Both the position numbers and the translations under genes were made by a program. A DNA stretch of 64,000 nt from an uncultured delta proteobacterium (GTDB lineage: Bacteria; Desulfobacterota; WTBG01; CAIYCZ01), in the NCBI GenBank assembly GCA_963803975.1, contig CAWDOY010000003.1, forward strand, positions 96,001-160,000, in the 5' to 3' direction. The first letter of the stretch is position 1; each line of letters starts with the position of its first letter. The notes under the pieces were generated by a model. The model made no database searches and was not told the DNA's origin. It was given only the letters and a program-made list of their open reading frames with translations. Positions 42,269 through 54,509 of the stretch are shown here, in pieces.

Positions 42269-43826
42269 TCACATCCGCGCAATCGTTCCTTCCCAGGTGC
42301 TGACTTTTCCCTTTTTACGTATCCTTGAGCCATCTCGTGGTAACCGTTTTCGATTCAGTGTAGAATTGTACGCCGTCTCTCCCCATGCAATGAAGATCTC
42401 CAAAGAAAGAGTTTTTATGACCGCAGAACGGGAAATATGAAACCGGTACGGGAATACCCACATTGACACCTACCATGCCGCCGTCGGTTCTCAAGACAAA
42501 CTCGCGCGCCCAATGGCCGCTTTCAGTGAAAATTGCAGATCCATTGGCAAACTGGTTGTTGTTCATCAGGGTAATTCCTTCTTCAAAGTCTTTAACGCGC
42601 TTGATGAAGGTGACTGGCCCGAACACTTCCTCTTTACCGCAGCTCATATCCTCGGTAACAAGATCAAAAATCGTTGGGCCGATAAAATGTCCTTTTTCAA
42701 AGCCCGGTACTATCGCATTTCTTCCGTCAAGGATCAGTTGAGCGCCTTCCTCAATTGCCTTGTTAATCCAGCCGAGAACAAACTGTTTATGTTCTGCGGA
42801 AACAACCGGCCCGAGATCAGTTTCAGGGTCATAGGAACAGCCGATTTTCCTCAGTTGTGCGTATTTTTTGAGATAGGAAACAAACTCGTCAGCAACACAA
42901 TCTTCCACAACCATCACCGGCAGAGCCATGCAGCGCATGCCGGCGCAGCCGAAAGTGGAATTGATGATGCGTTGTGCAGCCACCTCAAGCTCTGCATCAC
43001 GCATGATCAGCGCGTGATTTTTTGCCTCAGTAAGGCACTGGACGCGCTTGCCGTTTTTAGCTGCGGTGGAGTAGATATGGGTACCAACCGAGGTTGAGCC
43101 GACAAAAGAAATACCGCTGATATCCGGATGCTCAAGCAGGAGGTCAGCTTCATTTCTGCTGCAGGTAACCAGATTCACAACCCCCGGGGGCAGTCCGGCT
43201 TCAATTGCAAGCTCAAGTATTCTCATGGAGGTCATGGGTGTAAGGCTTGCTGATTTTAAGACAAAAGTATTACCGCAGCTGATGCAAAAGGGAATCATCC
43301 ATCCCCAGGGAATCATTGCCGGAAAATTAAACGGAACGATGCCGGCAAATACGCCGATCGGTTCACGATACATCACCGTGTCATGGCCGGTCGATACGTT
43401 CAGCAGTGAGTCACCCTGCATGAGATAGGGTGTAGCACAGGCGCACTCGACAACCTCGATGGCCTTAATAACATCACCGCGGGCTTCATCAAGGGTTTTG
43501 CCAAGCTCTTTAGAAACGCTTAATGAAAGTTCCGCGAGATGGTTATCCATGAGAGCTTTAAGTTTGAACATGACAGCAATTCTTTGCTGAATAGGGGTAT
43601 ATCTCCATTTCTGAAAAGCTGTTTTTGCTGCTGCCACTGCTTCCAGAACTTCTTCCCTGGTACAGCAGGGTGCTTCTGCCATTACCTCACCGGTGCTTGA
43701 ATCGGTAATAGGCATATATTTGCTGGTTTTTGACTGCTTCCAGCTATTGTTAACGCAGTATTTTAATTTAGGTGCAGCGGTTGTTTCACCCTGAAAGACA
43801 ATAGCTGCGGCTGGTTCTTTTGACAT
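42269..43826 (-). CDS. mmsA: CoA-acylating methylmalonate-semialdehyde dehydrogenase
   Basis: PFNFPAMIP, FVGST, AKNH, G.RCMA, EEVFGP and GVNVGIPVP; a probable terminal frameshift extends it to ...KVSTWEGTIARM* at 42269. Confidence 0.92.
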
Positions 43827-43870
43827 GATGTGGCTCCTTTCATGGATAAGCATTCTTATCTTCTGCTATT

Positions 43871-43887
43871 ATCAATTTACATGCCAA
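43871..43887 (-). promoter_or_regulatory. Possible sigma54 (-24/-12) promoter of mmsA
   Basis: TTGGCAT-GTAAA-TTGAT with correct spacing but GA instead of GC at -12. Confidence 0.35.
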
Positions 43888-44123
43888 AAGGTAATTAATT
43901 GCAACCATATGAAATTACATGCTAATTATAAGATTCATATCAAAATATTTATCTATATTGAGTCAAAGGTCATGTGTATATCCTATGTGGGATAATAATA
44001 AGTATTGAAATTCTAATTGCATTGAATTTTAATGATTTTCTATTTGTTCTCTAAACGGGGCAATGCAAATGTGGAACACGTGCGGAAAGCGAGGTTTGAA
44101 TGGCTGTTAAAGATATATTATAA

Positions 44124-45674
44124 TTATTCCCATTCAATGGTGCTGGGTGGTTTTGAGGAGATATCATAAACAATGCGGTTAATTCCCCTTATCTCATTAA
44201 TTATGCGATTAGATATGGTCCCAAGCAGGTCGTAGGGCAGTTTAGCCCAGTCAGCGGTCATGGCATCAATGCTCTGTACCACCCGCACGGCAACCACCTT
44301 TTCATAGGTGCGCTCATCGCCCATGACGCCAACAGTCTGGATGGGAAGAAGCACGGCAAAAGCCTGCCATACCTGACGATACCATCCTGATTTTTTCATC
44401 TCATCAAGTATGATTTCATCAGCTTCACGAACGAGCCTCAGGTTCTCATCGGTAATCTCACCAATGATGCGGATCGCGAGGCCAGGGCCGGGGAAGGGAT
44501 GGCGATAAATAGCATCATCCGGCAAGCCGAGTTCCTTCCCCAGTTCACGCACTTCATCTTTAAAAAGTTCACGAAATGGCTCAATCAGCTTGAGGTTCAT
44601 CTTTTCCGGCAAGCCGCCGACATTGTGATGGCTTTTGATGGTAGCTGATGGGCCTTTAAATGAAATGCTTTCTATAACATCAGGATAGAGAGTGCCCTGT
44701 GCCAGAAAATCGACTTTGCCAAGTTTGCGCGCCTCTTCTTCAAAGACATAAATAAATTCATGGCCTATAATTTTTCTTTTTCTCTCAGGGTCAACAACAC
44801 CTTTAAGGTTTTGCAGAAAGCGCTGCGAAGCATCAATGGTTAACAGGTTCACATTGAAAGACTTTGTGAGTAATTCTGAAACTTTTACAAACTCATTTTT
44901 TCGCAGCAGCCCGTTATCAATGAAGATGCAGGTGAGCTGATGACCTATTGCTTTCTCCAGCAGCACTGCAGCAACAGTAGAATCTACCCCGCCACTGCAC
45001 CCGCATATGACTTTGTTCTCTCCAACAGCCCTGCGTATCTCCTTAATGGACTGTTGAATAAAAGATTTCATGGTCCAGACTGGTGAGCACTTGCAAATTT
45101 TGAATATGAAGTTATTGAGTATTTCTTTTCCCTGGGGGGTATGCACAACTTCCGGGTGAAACTGTACACCAAAGATGTTGTGTTCTTTATCCCGCATTGC
45201 GGCAAAGGGCGAGTTTTCACTGTGGCCGATTATCTCAAATCCCTGCGGCAGTCGTTTGATCCGGTCGCCGTGACTCATCCACACTTGAATTGTATCGTTT
45301 ACAGAAAAACCCGCAAAGAGATCGTTGGCAGCATCAATAATAAGCTCTGCTTTACCATATTCGCGCTTCTGCGATGGCGCAACCTCACCTGCAAGAAGAA
45401 AGGTTGTAATCTGCATGCCATAACAAATACCAAGAATCGGAATGCCAAGCTGAAAAAGGTCTTTTTCAATACAGGGTGATTTTTCATCATAAACGCTGGA
45501 GGGGCTGCCAGACAGGATGATTCCCTTGGGCTGCAGCTCACGTATCCTGTCTAAGCTGATATTGTAGGGATAAATCTCAGAATAGACCTTGCTCTCACGG
45601 ACCCGCCGGGCAATGAGCTGGGTATACTGAGAGCCGAAATCAAGTATGATTATTTTTTCCTGTTCTATTTTCAT
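44124..45674 (-). CDS. guaA: GMP synthase (glutamine-hydrolysing)
   Basis: LDFGSQY, GICYG, FHPEV, SGGVDS and KPPSTIEWE. Confidence 0.97.
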   Translation of the reverse strand: MKIEQEKIIILDFGSQYTQLIARRVRESKVYSEIYPYNISLDRIRELQPKGIILSGSPSSVYDEKSPCIEKDLFQLGIPILGICYGMQITTFLLAGEVAPSQKREYGKAELIIDAANDLFAGFSVNDTIQVWMSHGDRIKRLPQGFEIIGHSENSPFAAMRDKEHNIFGVQFHPEVVHTPQGKEILNNFIFKICKCSPVWTMKSFIQQSIKEIRRAVGENKVICGCSGGVDSTVAAVLLEKAIGHQLTCIFIDNGLLRKNEFVKVSELLTKSFNVNLLTIDASQRFLQNLKGVVDPERKRKIIGHEFIYVFEEEARKLGKVDFLAQGTLYPDVIESISFKGPSATIKSHHNVGGLPEKMNLKLIEPFRELFKDEVRELGKELGLPDDAIYRHPFPGPGLAIRIIGEITDENLRLVREADEIILDEMKKSGWYRQVWQAFAVLLPIQTVGVMGDERTYEKVVAVRVVQSIDAMTADWAKLPYDLLGTISNRIINEIRGINRIVYDISSKPPSTIEWE

Positions 45675-45810
45675 GGCAGTAATGAAAATCAGCCCCTCCC
45701 CAAAAGATGAGGAGGGGTGATTTTTTTATGGTTATCCTTAGGGGGGATTAACCATTATTTTGCCGCTGCCGCGCATCCTCTGTAATGAGAAGCACGATCA
45801 GGGCAAAAGG

Positions 45811-47274
45811 TTATTCAACCTGATAATTGGGCGCTTCTTTGGTGATTATAACGTTGTGAACATGGCTCTCTTTGAGCCCTGAACTGGTAATCTTTATAAA
45901 CCGGGCTTTCTCACGCAGTTCATGTATGCTGGCGCAGCCAACGTACCCCATGCCGGAGCGCAAGCCGCCGACCAACTGATAAATATTAGAGGAAAGGCTG
46001 CCGCGATACGGCACCCGGCCCTCTATTCCTTCAGGGACAAGCTTTGACTGGTTTTCAACATCGCACTGAAAATAACGGTCACTTGAGCCTTCCTTCATGG
46101 CTTCAATCGAACCCATGCCGCGGTATACTTTGTAGGTGCGGCCCTGGTACAGGACCGTTTCCCCCGGGCTTTCATCCGTTCCGGCAAACAGGCTGCCAAT
46201 CATGACAGAATGCGCTCCAGCCGCAATAGCCTTGGGTACATCACCGGAATATTTAATGCCGCCATCGGCAATAAGCGGTATGCCATGTTTGTCAGAAATC
46301 TTTCTGCACTCCATTATTGCGGTAATCTGCGGCACGCCAACACCTGCTATTATCCGGGTAGTACAAATGGAGCCGGGTCCCATCCCGACTTTTATAGCGT
46401 CACAGCCGGCCTGCATGAGATCCTCTGCAGCCTCTGCGGTGGCGATGTTGCCGCCGATAAGCTCACAGTCTTTAAAATTCTTTTTTGTATCACGAATTGC
46501 TTCAAGCACTGTTTTGGTGTGCCCATGAGCAGTGTCGATGGCGAGCACATCAGCGCCGGCTTTTAGAACTGCTTCGGTGCGTGCCTCACGGTCAGGTCCC
46601 ACGCCGATGGCAGCACCCACGCGCAGCCTGCCGAAGGAGTCCTTGCATGCCTGCGGATACTGGACAGTTTTTTCAATGTCTTTTACCGTGATGAGACCCT
46701 TGAGATTATTATTCTCATCAACTACCAGCAATTTCTCGATGCGGTTTTTATGTAATAGTTTTTTTGCTTCTTCAAGACTGATACCCGTCGGTGCGGTGAC
46801 CAGATTTTCTTTGGTCATGACCGAGGAAATCGGCTTTTCAAGTTTGGTTTCAAAGCGCAGGTCCCGGTTGGTAAGGATACCGACAAGCTTTCCTTTCTTT
46901 ACGACCGGAAGGCCTGATATCCGGTACTGCTTCATGATCTCCAGTGCGGTATAAATTTTCTGGTCGGGATCAAGGGTAATAGGATCTACGATCATACCGC
47001 TTTCAGATTTTTTTACCTTTTCAACTTCAAGGGCCTGTGTTTCAATGGAAAGGTTTTTATGAATAATACCGATCCCGCCTTCCCGTGCCATGGTAATAGC
47101 AGTCTGCGCCCTTGTTACGGTATCCATGGCAGCACTGAGCAGGGGAATATTCAGTTTGATATTTCTGGTCAGCAGTGTTGATACATCTACATCCCGGGGC
47201 AGGACCGAGGACTTCGCAGGTACGAGCAGCACATCATCAAATGTCAGGCTCGTTTGTATATGATCGTTGCTCAT
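45811..47274 (-). CDS. guaB: IMP dehydrogenase
   Basis: LTFDDV, CBS pair, GPGSICTTR and YRGMGS. Confidence 0.97.
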   Translation of the reverse strand: MSNDHIQTSLTFDDVLLVPAKSSVLPRDVDVSTLLTRNIKLNIPLLSAAMDTVTRAQTAITMAREGGIGIIHKNLSIETQALEVEKVKKSESGMIVDPITLDPDQKIYTALEIMKQYRISGLPVVKKGKLVGILTNRDLRFETKLEKPISSVMTKENLVTAPTGISLEEAKKLLHKNRIEKLLVVDENNNLKGLITVKDIEKTVQYPQACKDSFGRLRVGAAIGVGPDREARTEAVLKAGADVLAIDTAHGHTKTVLEAIRDTKKNFKDCELIGGNIATAEAAEDLMQAGCDAIKVGMGPGSICTTRIIAGVGVPQITAIMECRKISDKHGIPLIADGGIKYSGDVPKAIAAGAHSVMIGSLFAGTDESPGETVLYQGRTYKVYRGMGSIEAMKEGSSDRYFQCDVENQSKLVPEGIEGRVPYRGSLSSNIYQLVGGLRSGMGYVGCASIHELREKARFIKITSSGLKESHVHNVIITKEAPNYQVE

Positions 47275-47392
47275 TGAAAGTACCTTGTTTAGTAATAAAA
47301 AGTCCCCCTTGGGTTGGGGGGAGAAGATGTTAGAAGAGGGAAAAAGAGTGTTATTTGTGAGTGAGTATAATTATACTAAACCCTGGTTCATG

Positions 47393-48338
47393 TCAAGTAT
47401 TTACCCCGGCTTTTTCGAGAAGTATTCCCTCCAGAAGCCCGGCATCGCTTACCGACAGTTCCTGAACATGCAGCAGCTCCATAATGGTCAATACAATAGC
47501 AGTCCCGGCAATAATAACTATTTCCCGACCCGGCTCGAGCCCCGGCAAATCAACCCTTTCTTTAGAATTAAGGGTAATAATCATATTATAAAGATAATTC
47601 AGATAATTATAAGACAAAATATGTTTATTAACCTTATCTATATTGTACTCAACGAGCTTCAGATCCATTGCTGCAAGGGTGGTAACAGTGCCGGCTGTTC
47701 CGATAATGCGGACGTTTTGACTAGTTACTTTTAATTAAATTATTAATGATATTACTATTAGTTAAAATTATTGATCTGATGGTATGGTTTAAAATATTGA
47801 GGTCATCTTTCAGGGGCGGGTCGTGCTGTAAATACTGTTCAGAAAGAGTGACAACACCAAGGGGAATACTTTCCACACACTCTATTGACTGGTTGCTGGT
47901 AAGAATAAGCTCTGTGCTTCCTCCGCCAATATCGAGGATAAGCGACAGATTAGGGTTATCGTTAAAAACAGACTGAACACCTTTCAGGGAAAGGTTCGCT
48001 TCTTCCTCTCCGGTTACCAATCTCACCAAAAGATTGGTCTCTGTTAAAACATTATTTAGAAATGCCCTGCCATTTACAGCTTCCCTGACACATGCAGTTG
48101 CAACAGCATAGATATGTTCTGCTCCTTTTTGCCGGGCGCTCATGACAAACTTTTTTATGCATGATAACGCCCGGTTCATAGGCTCATTTTGCAGCTGTTT
48201 GCTCTCGTTCATCCCCTGACCGAGCCTGACTATCGAGCGATCCCGGTAGATGGGAACAATCCCGCCATTATTGCTTACATCTGCAACAAGAAGACGAATG
48301 GTTTGCGTGCCGATATCAATTGAAGCGTAGCGGGGCAT
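47393..48338 (-). CDS. Ppx/GppA family phosphatase; frameshift near 47730
   Basis: IDIGTQT, EEA, DIGGGSTE, GTAGTVTT and S..GLLEG. Confidence 0.88.
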
Positions 48339-48394
48339 AAAAACTTTGTTCTACTGGTTGATTAGTGTATTAGTTATATTGGTTCCTTAATTGA

Positions 48395-49661
48395 TCAATA
48401 GCACCAATCAAAACCAATGAAACCAACATAACCAATACAATTATTTGATTTTGTTAACAGTTTGTTTAATTCATCCTTTGCCTTAAAGCCAAAATCTTTT
48501 ATCTTTTCAGGGGTGCTGAGGGCATTGCCTGCAAGTGAGCCGACTTTCTTTGCAATACTTCCGGCGATCTGCTGAATGATTTTTTCACGTAACTTGAACT
48601 TTAATTTATCAAAATTACCCTTCACCTGAAAATCAAAATCTATGCTGCCGTTAGTTGTTTCCAGTACTTTCATTAGCCCTGCTGCCGGCAGACCCAGGAA
48701 GGTTTTGCCCAGAAGGGTTTTATCCCTGCCGGTTAACGTGAGATTTTTAACCTCAACATGATGGCTGCTGTCCAGATAATCATCTTTAATACTGATCTTT
48801 GACGTAACCCAGGCATTGCCATCCTCTATTTTCACGGCAGTGTCAGGGTAATAATAGTAATAATCAGAGAGGTCTATATTGTCGATTTTGCTTTGCGCCG
48901 TAAGGGTAAGCTGTTTTTTAAACAGCAGCCCTTCTCCAGTGCATTTCAAGGGGGCCTTATGCTGTGAAGAGGTGAGCGAAGCGGTGATGGTAAAAGTAGT
49001 TTTAACATCTTTTGTGTTAGGGACTATAACATCTTCTATTTCGATATTCAGTTCAGTTAAAACAATCGTTGGGTCCTGACTGCGGGTTTTGTAATTATAA
49101 ATCGTAAGGGTACCATCTTTGACAACAAGATTATTGATGTGAAGAGTAAAGGGTTCGGGAGAATTTTCAGAGGCAACCGGAAAGGAAGATTCTTTTGCCG
49201 GCAGAACAGAAGAAGTATTTGTTGCTCTCTCCGCGTTCAAGGCTATCAGTCTTTGAAGAAAATATGTAGTCAGTATTAATCTTTTCATCACGGGTCATTA
49301 TTACCGTAAACTCCGGTTTGATAATGGTGATGTTTTTAAAAGGCAGGCTATTCCTGAAAAGAGGTAATATTTCAAAATTGCTTTGTAATGATGCTGCCTT
49401 TAGCAGGTTCCCCTTTCCAAAGCCCTCCGGCTGCAGCAGCTCAACATCCTTTAATTCAACCATCCAGCGAAAGAGTGAAATATTGACAGAACCGATTTTA
49501 AGCCTGTTCTGAAAGATGGGATAAACCCTTTGCTCAACAATTCTCTGGGCTATGGGATTTATATAAAATGGAACTATCGCAAGAATTACTATTATAATAG
49601 CAACAAGTATGAATAGAATTTTTAAGCCCTTATTTTCATAAAACATTCCCCTAATCCCCAT
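48395..49661 (-). CDS. AsmA/DUF748-like membrane-anchored protein; frameshift near 49260
   Basis: N-terminal TM anchor followed by a beta-rich body; two overlapping ORFs join. Confidence 0.65.
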
Positions 49662-50024
49662 CTTAATTCAACAATTTTCTATTGCCTTTTGCCTGTTGCC
49701 TATTGCCTCACGCTTCTTGCCTTTTACTAATCCCGAACCCCTAACTCCCATTCCCTATTTTATAGCAAATTGATAAAATTAAGCAATTATAGTTCATTGA
49801 CTCTTATCAGGCCATTTGATAAGTTGATACATGTCGTTTGTCGTCATTGCTGGCAAAATGTTTTATTATGTGTGACATAAATAGGCTGTAGAGACTATGA
49901 AGCACAGTCAAAAGATACCAAGAAGCCATTTGGCCTATTTAAGAATCGACGAGCGTAACCCCTTCGATATACTTCTCTCTTTTCCCTGGTTGGCTAACAA
50001 CCATGCTGGATTGGGAGCGTGTAA

Positions 50025-50260
50025 ATGAATAAAACCCCCCCTGCAGGACCTGAATCCGCTGAGATCCTCCTCTACCAGACCGAGGACGGACAGACGCGGC
50101 TGGAAGTGCGCTTACAAGACGAAACCGTTTGGCTCACACAGAAGCGAATGGCAGAGCTATTCCAGAAGGATGTCCGAACAATCAACGAACACATTAAGAA
50201 CATCTTCACGGAGGGCGAGCTCAAGTCGGAATCAGTTATCCGGAATTTCCGGATAACTGC
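50025..50260 (+). pseudogene. N-terminal fragment of a RhuM-family (virulence-associated) protein
   Basis: LLYQTEDGQTRLEV...VWLTQ..MAELF...INEHIKNIF.EGEL...IRNFRITA, then similarity is lost. Confidence 0.8.
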
Positions 50261-50530
50261 GGATCAGAACACAACAGTATCAGAAGGAATTCTCGATGGC
50301 AAAAAGAACCGCCTCTCTTGATCTGACAGATTGACATCTTTTGGACTTATAAAAAAAGAAGGCAGCACTGGCAAAGGCGTCATCTATCGATTGGCCAAAG
50401 GGGCATTCGCTAATGGCAGAGAGGCAAACGGTTCATAATTGGCTCAAATGGCTCATCGGGAACCAGACACCAAAGTGGCCACAAAGGAGCCAAATGCGCC
50501 ACATCAAGTATCGAAAGGCCGTCGGTGGGA

Positions 50531-50566
50531 TTACCGGGGAAGTTACCGGGGAAGTTACCGGGGAAG
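50531..50566 (+). repeat. 3x 12-bp tandem repeat TTACCGGGGAAG (encodes TGEV) within an HTH/Fic-associated gene fragment
   Basis: Directly visible. Confidence 0.85.
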
Positions 50567-50685
50567 TACAGAGGCTTCTCAGTGTACTGGCTGGAGAGAT
50601 GAAACGTACGGTTATCCAGGAGGGCTCTGGCCCTCCGGCATGAAGACTACTTCAGGGAGGCTTATCTTCTTCCGGCGCTAACTTG

Positions 50686-50923
50686 TTCGCGGTCAAAGAG
50701 TGATTATGGATTGCGATCTTGCAGCGTTAAACGGCATTCCGACCTTTAGATTTAATGAAGCGGTAAAGCGCAACCAAAAACGGTTCCCTGATGATTTTAT
50801 GTTTCAATTAACTGCTCCGGAATATGCAGTTTTGACATCGCAATTTACGATGTCAAAACCTGGCAGGGGTGGACGAAGAACCCTTCCTTATGTCTTTACC
50901 GAACACGGTGCCATCATGGCGGC
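50686..50923 (+). pseudogene. ORF6N (KilA-N-like) domain fragment, near-identical to 53947-54183
   Basis: RGQRVIMD.DLA...VKRN..RFP.DFMFQLT...LPYVFTEHG. Confidence 0.85.
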
Positions 50924-51062
50924 AAACATAAGGCTAAGAGCTGATAGCTCTTGCACCGGTGCTGAAGGCTACTAAAAAGAAAAAAGAAGGCAAGATGCCT
51001 AGTAACAAAAAGAGGGAAATGTGAACTAAACAACAGGCAGATAACTATTTAAAAGTGGCTGT

Positions 51063-52627
51063 GGGGGTGTTGAAAAAGTCTCCGTGAGAAATGATTATAT
51101 GATATGCTGCAGAGCAAAATCAAACATAATCATGGAGACATTATGATAGGCAAGCAGGACCGTTGGCAGCGGCACTTATTTATCGCAGGAGACATCGATC
51201 AGTTCATTCCTGAAGATCACATACTGCGGCGGGTAGATAGAATCCTTGATTTGAGCTGGTTGCGAGAAGAAGTGCGGGGGAGTTACTGTGAAGAAAACGG
51301 ACGGCCAGGGATAGACCCGGAAGCAGCAGTACGGCTGATGCTGGCCGGGTTTTTTCATGGGGTAGTGCATGATCGGAAGTTAATGAGAGAGGCACAGGTA
51401 AATCTGGCGCTCCGATGGTTTGCGGGATACAGTCTGGAAGATAAATTGCCGGATCATTCGAGCCTGAGCCGGATACGGCAGCGCTGGGGGGAAGAGCGGT
51501 TTAAGAAGATATTTCAGAGGACGGTACAGAGCTGTATAGCAAAGGGGTTGGTGAGCGGAGAAACAGTGCATATCGATGCGACCTTGATACGAGCGGACGT
51601 GTCGTGGGAGAGCATAACCGAGAGACACGCAGAGCAGGTGGTGGCAGAGAACAATACCGAGGAGGACAACCGGGCGGAAGATCCATTGCCACGGGGGCCG
51701 GGACGACCGCGGACAAAGAAGGAGCATCCGAAGAAGGTAAGCAGTACCGACCCGGAGGCAACGCTGGTGACCTCACGGAGGGATTTTCACCTTGAGCCGT
51801 CATACAAACAGCACACGGCAGTCGATGACAAGGAAGGGGTAATCGTAGATATTGAGATAACGACTGGAGAAGCGAATGAGGGCCAACGGTTACTTGAGAC
51901 GGTAGAACGAATTGAGCAGACAACCGGGAAGAAGCTGGGCCGGGTAACGGCAGACAAGAGCTACGCACATGCACGGAATTATGAGGGGTTAGAGAAACGA
52001 GGGATAGATGGCATCATACCGCCGGAGCGGGAGCGGGTGAAGGAGAAGCGGATACCGATCAGGCGGTTCAAATATGACGGCAAGCATCAACGGGTACGGT
52101 GTCCTGGAGGTAAAAGTCTGGAGCGGGCAAACCGTACGAAGAATGGGTGGTTCTACCGCGCACGGAAGAGTGATTGTAGCGCTTGTCCACTACAGAAACG
52201 CTGTATCCCTGAGACAGCGAAGGCACGGGTGATACTCATTGTAGACGGCTATGAGGCACTGTTGCGAGCGCGCAGGAGAAAGAACCGTGGCTGGGATACA
52301 GATACGCAACGGGTCTATAACCGGCATCGGGTTTATGTTGAAGGAGTGCATGGTGAGGGTAAAACGCAGCATGGCTTGCGGCGGGCAGTACGTCGCGGAT
52401 TAGCAAATGTGGCGATTCAAGTGTATTTGATAGCGGCAGTAATCAATCTGAAGCGGCTGGCCAAGGCCTTAAGCCCCCGACCAGATGATGGAGACTGGTA
52501 TTTAATTATTCGTAACAGGTTAGGAGCTGTTATTAAACAGTTTTTTGGTGATTGGGTAGAAAAACTGTATAGCGCTTTGTTTTGTGCTGCATGACAATAC
52601 TTATAGAGGGGGTTTTTCAACACCCCC
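51063..52627 (+). mobile_element. Complete IS1182-family insertion sequence (1565 bp)
   Basis: Terminal inverted repeats GGGGGTGTTGAAAAA / TTTTTCAACACCCCC; 5-bp target duplication GCTGT at 51058-51062 and 52628-52632. Confidence 0.92.
51104..52594 (+). CDS. IS1182-family DDE transposase
   Basis: GRP.IDP, PDHSSLSR.R, IDAT, ADKSY, CP.G, C..CP...C and R..VE..H...K; no frameshift. Confidence 0.92.
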   Translation: MLQSKIKHNHGDIMIGKQDRWQRHLFIAGDIDQFIPEDHILRRVDRILDLSWLREEVRGSYCEENGRPGIDPEAAVRLMLAGFFHGVVHDRKLMREAQVNLALRWFAGYSLEDKLPDHSSLSRIRQRWGEERFKKIFQRTVQSCIAKGLVSGETVHIDATLIRADVSWESITERHAEQVVAENNTEEDNRAEDPLPRGPGRPRTKKEHPKKVSSTDPEATLVTSRRDFHLEPSYKQHTAVDDKEGVIVDIEITTGEANEGQRLLETVERIEQTTGKKLGRVTADKSYAHARNYEGLEKRGIDGIIPPERERVKEKRIPIRRFKYDGKHQRVRCPGGKSLERANRTKNGWFYRARKSDCSACPLQKRCIPETAKARVILIVDGYEALLRARRRKNRGWDTDTQRVYNRHRVYVEGVHGEGKTQHGLRRAVRRGLANVAIQVYLIAAVINLKRLAKALSPRPDDGDWYLIIRNRLGAVIKQFFGDWVEKLYSALFCAA

Positions 52628-52642
52628 GCTGTCCCCACATAA

Positions 52643-53059
52643 GGCGGATTTCCTGAAGATTTCATGTTTGTGCTATCCAGCGAAGAAGCTAAAAACTTGA
52701 GGTCACAAATTGTGACCTCAAGTTTACCCCATTGGGGTGGTTCCCGCTATCTGCCTATGGCCTTTACTGAACAGAGCGTTGCAATGTTGTCCAGTGTACT
52801 TAAAAGTGATCGAGCTATAGAGGTTAACATCCAGATTATGAGGGTGTTCACCAGGCTTAGACAAATACTCTTGGGCAATAAAGATCTAAGGCGGGAACTT
52901 GAAGAATTAAAGCGGGTTACTGATGATAGGTTTCGTGTCGTTTTCGAGACACTGGACCAGTTGTTAAGTAATGATGAAAGGCCCAAACGAAAAATCGGGT
53001 TCGAGGTGAAGGAAAGGGCGGCAAGATACCGGGTAAACAGAAAGAAAACTGTGAACTAA
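52643..53059 (+). pseudogene. 5'-truncated ORF6N-domain protein
   Basis: RFPEDFMF...LPMAFTEQ.VAMLSSVL.S..AIEVNI.IMR.F...KIGF; the N-terminus is missing. Confidence 0.75.
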
Positions 53060-53224
53060 ACATAAAGTTAAGATAACGGGCGCTGTTCCCATTACCCATT
53101 GGTCACGAGACCCGAGTCACGAGCCACGATTCAGCTGACTGCTGTAGTCTATTTTGCACGATTCACAGGTCACGGGTCACTTGCTTGCGAGCCCCGTCCC
53201 TAACCCCTAGTTAGAGAGAGCATT

Positions 53225-53785
53225 ATGATGAAAAAGACACTACGCATACTGTTTTTCATCCTTATCGTGCTGGGTGGTGTTGGATTTTATTTCACGCCAT
53301 ATATATCCTTTCACAACATGAGACTAACGGCTGAGAATCGCGATGCAGTGACATTGACAGATTATATTGACTATCCGTCGCTCAAGGAAAGCTTGAAAGT
53401 AAATTTACATGCCCGGATGTCAGGTGAGGCTCAGGGCAAACAGGATAAAGACCCGTTTGAGAAAGTGGGTGAAGCTATTGTTTCAGCTTTTATCAATCCG
53501 GTGGTTGATGCATTTGTCACGCCTGAAAGCCTGAGTATGATGATGCGGGGCTATATACCGCCAGTCAATAAATCAGATCGCACGTCAGAAAAGAAATCAG
53601 AAAATGCTTCAAAAAAGAAAACCTCACATGATGATTCGGATATCGAAACCACAATGTATTATGAGAGCTTTAATCGCTTTGTGGTGAAGGTGAAGAATAA
53701 AGATTCTGCTGAAGATCCGGTCGAACTTATATTCAGGCGGGATGGGGTTATTTACTGGAAACTATCTGCCATAAAGCTGCCTTAG
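53225..53785 (+). CDS. DUF2939-family exported protein
   Basis: N-terminal TM, PY...A...D...L..YIDYPSLKESLK, VTPE and F.R.G..WKL..I.LP. Confidence 0.75.
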   Translation: MMKKTLRILFFILIVLGGVGFYFTPYISFHNMRLTAENRDAVTLTDYIDYPSLKESLKVNLHARMSGEAQGKQDKDPFEKVGEAIVSAFINPVVDAFVTPESLSMMMRGYIPPVNKSDRTSEKKSENASKKKTSHDDSDIETTMYYESFNRFVVKVKNKDSAEDPVELIFRRDGVIYWKLSAIKLP

Positions 53786-53888
53786 TAAAAGAAGCAGCCA
53801 TGAGGGTGCGGCAATACTTTTAAGAGAAGAGGATTAAAATAACGTGCTCTATTATTGGCTTCTTCAAGGTAAAAAAGGGGAATGATTG

Positions 53889-54484
53889 ATGAAAGATAAA
53901 CTATCCAGATATGAGCCAGAAGATATTGAAAGAAGAATTTATACTATTCGCGGTCAAAGAGTGATTATGGATTGCGATCTTGCAACATTATACGTCATTC
54001 CGACCTTTAGATTTATGAAGCGGTAAAGCGCAACCAAAAACGTTTCCCTGATGATTTTATGTTTCAATTAACTGCTCCGGAATATGCAGTTTTGACATCG
54101 CAAATTGCGATGTCAAAACCTGGCAGGGGAGGACGAAGAACCCTTCCGTATGTCTTTACCGAACATGGTGCCATCATGGCGGCGAATGTGCTCAATAGCC
54201 CGAAAGCAATAGAGATGAGTGTTTTTGTCGTCCGTGCATTCATTAAGATGCGTGAAACTCTTGCTAATAATAAAGCACCGGCGTTAGAATTGTCAGAGCT
54301 TGAAAAGAAACTTACCGGGCGGCTTAATGTCCATGAAAGAGCCATTGTGCATGTTTTGGCCGAGATAAGAAAGTTAATGGCTTCAGCAGAGCCGTCACCT
54401 GAACCGACAAAACAAAAAATAGGATTTACGGTAAAGGAGAAGGCGGCAAGATACCAGATAACAAGAAAGAAAACTGTAAACTAA
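53889..54484 (+). CDS. ORF6N-domain DNA-binding protein; 1-nt deletion near 54014
   Basis: Full ORF6N from MKDK...IYTIRGQRV; the paralogous copy reads TTTAATGAAG where this one reads TTTATGAAG. Confidence 0.8.
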
Positions 54485-54509
54485 ACATAAAGATAATAAA
54501 CAGGATTCT

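Noticed and set aside
3074..49661. Calling the split ffh, tkt, msrB, panE, ppx and ldt genes pseudogenes or programmed frameshifts
   Set aside because: Single-base indels are scattered window-wide, including in essential genes, which is most consistent with sequencing error.
49760..50020. tRNA or att site at the island's left boundary
   Set aside because: No cloverleaf or T-loop motif, and no matching direct repeat at the right end.
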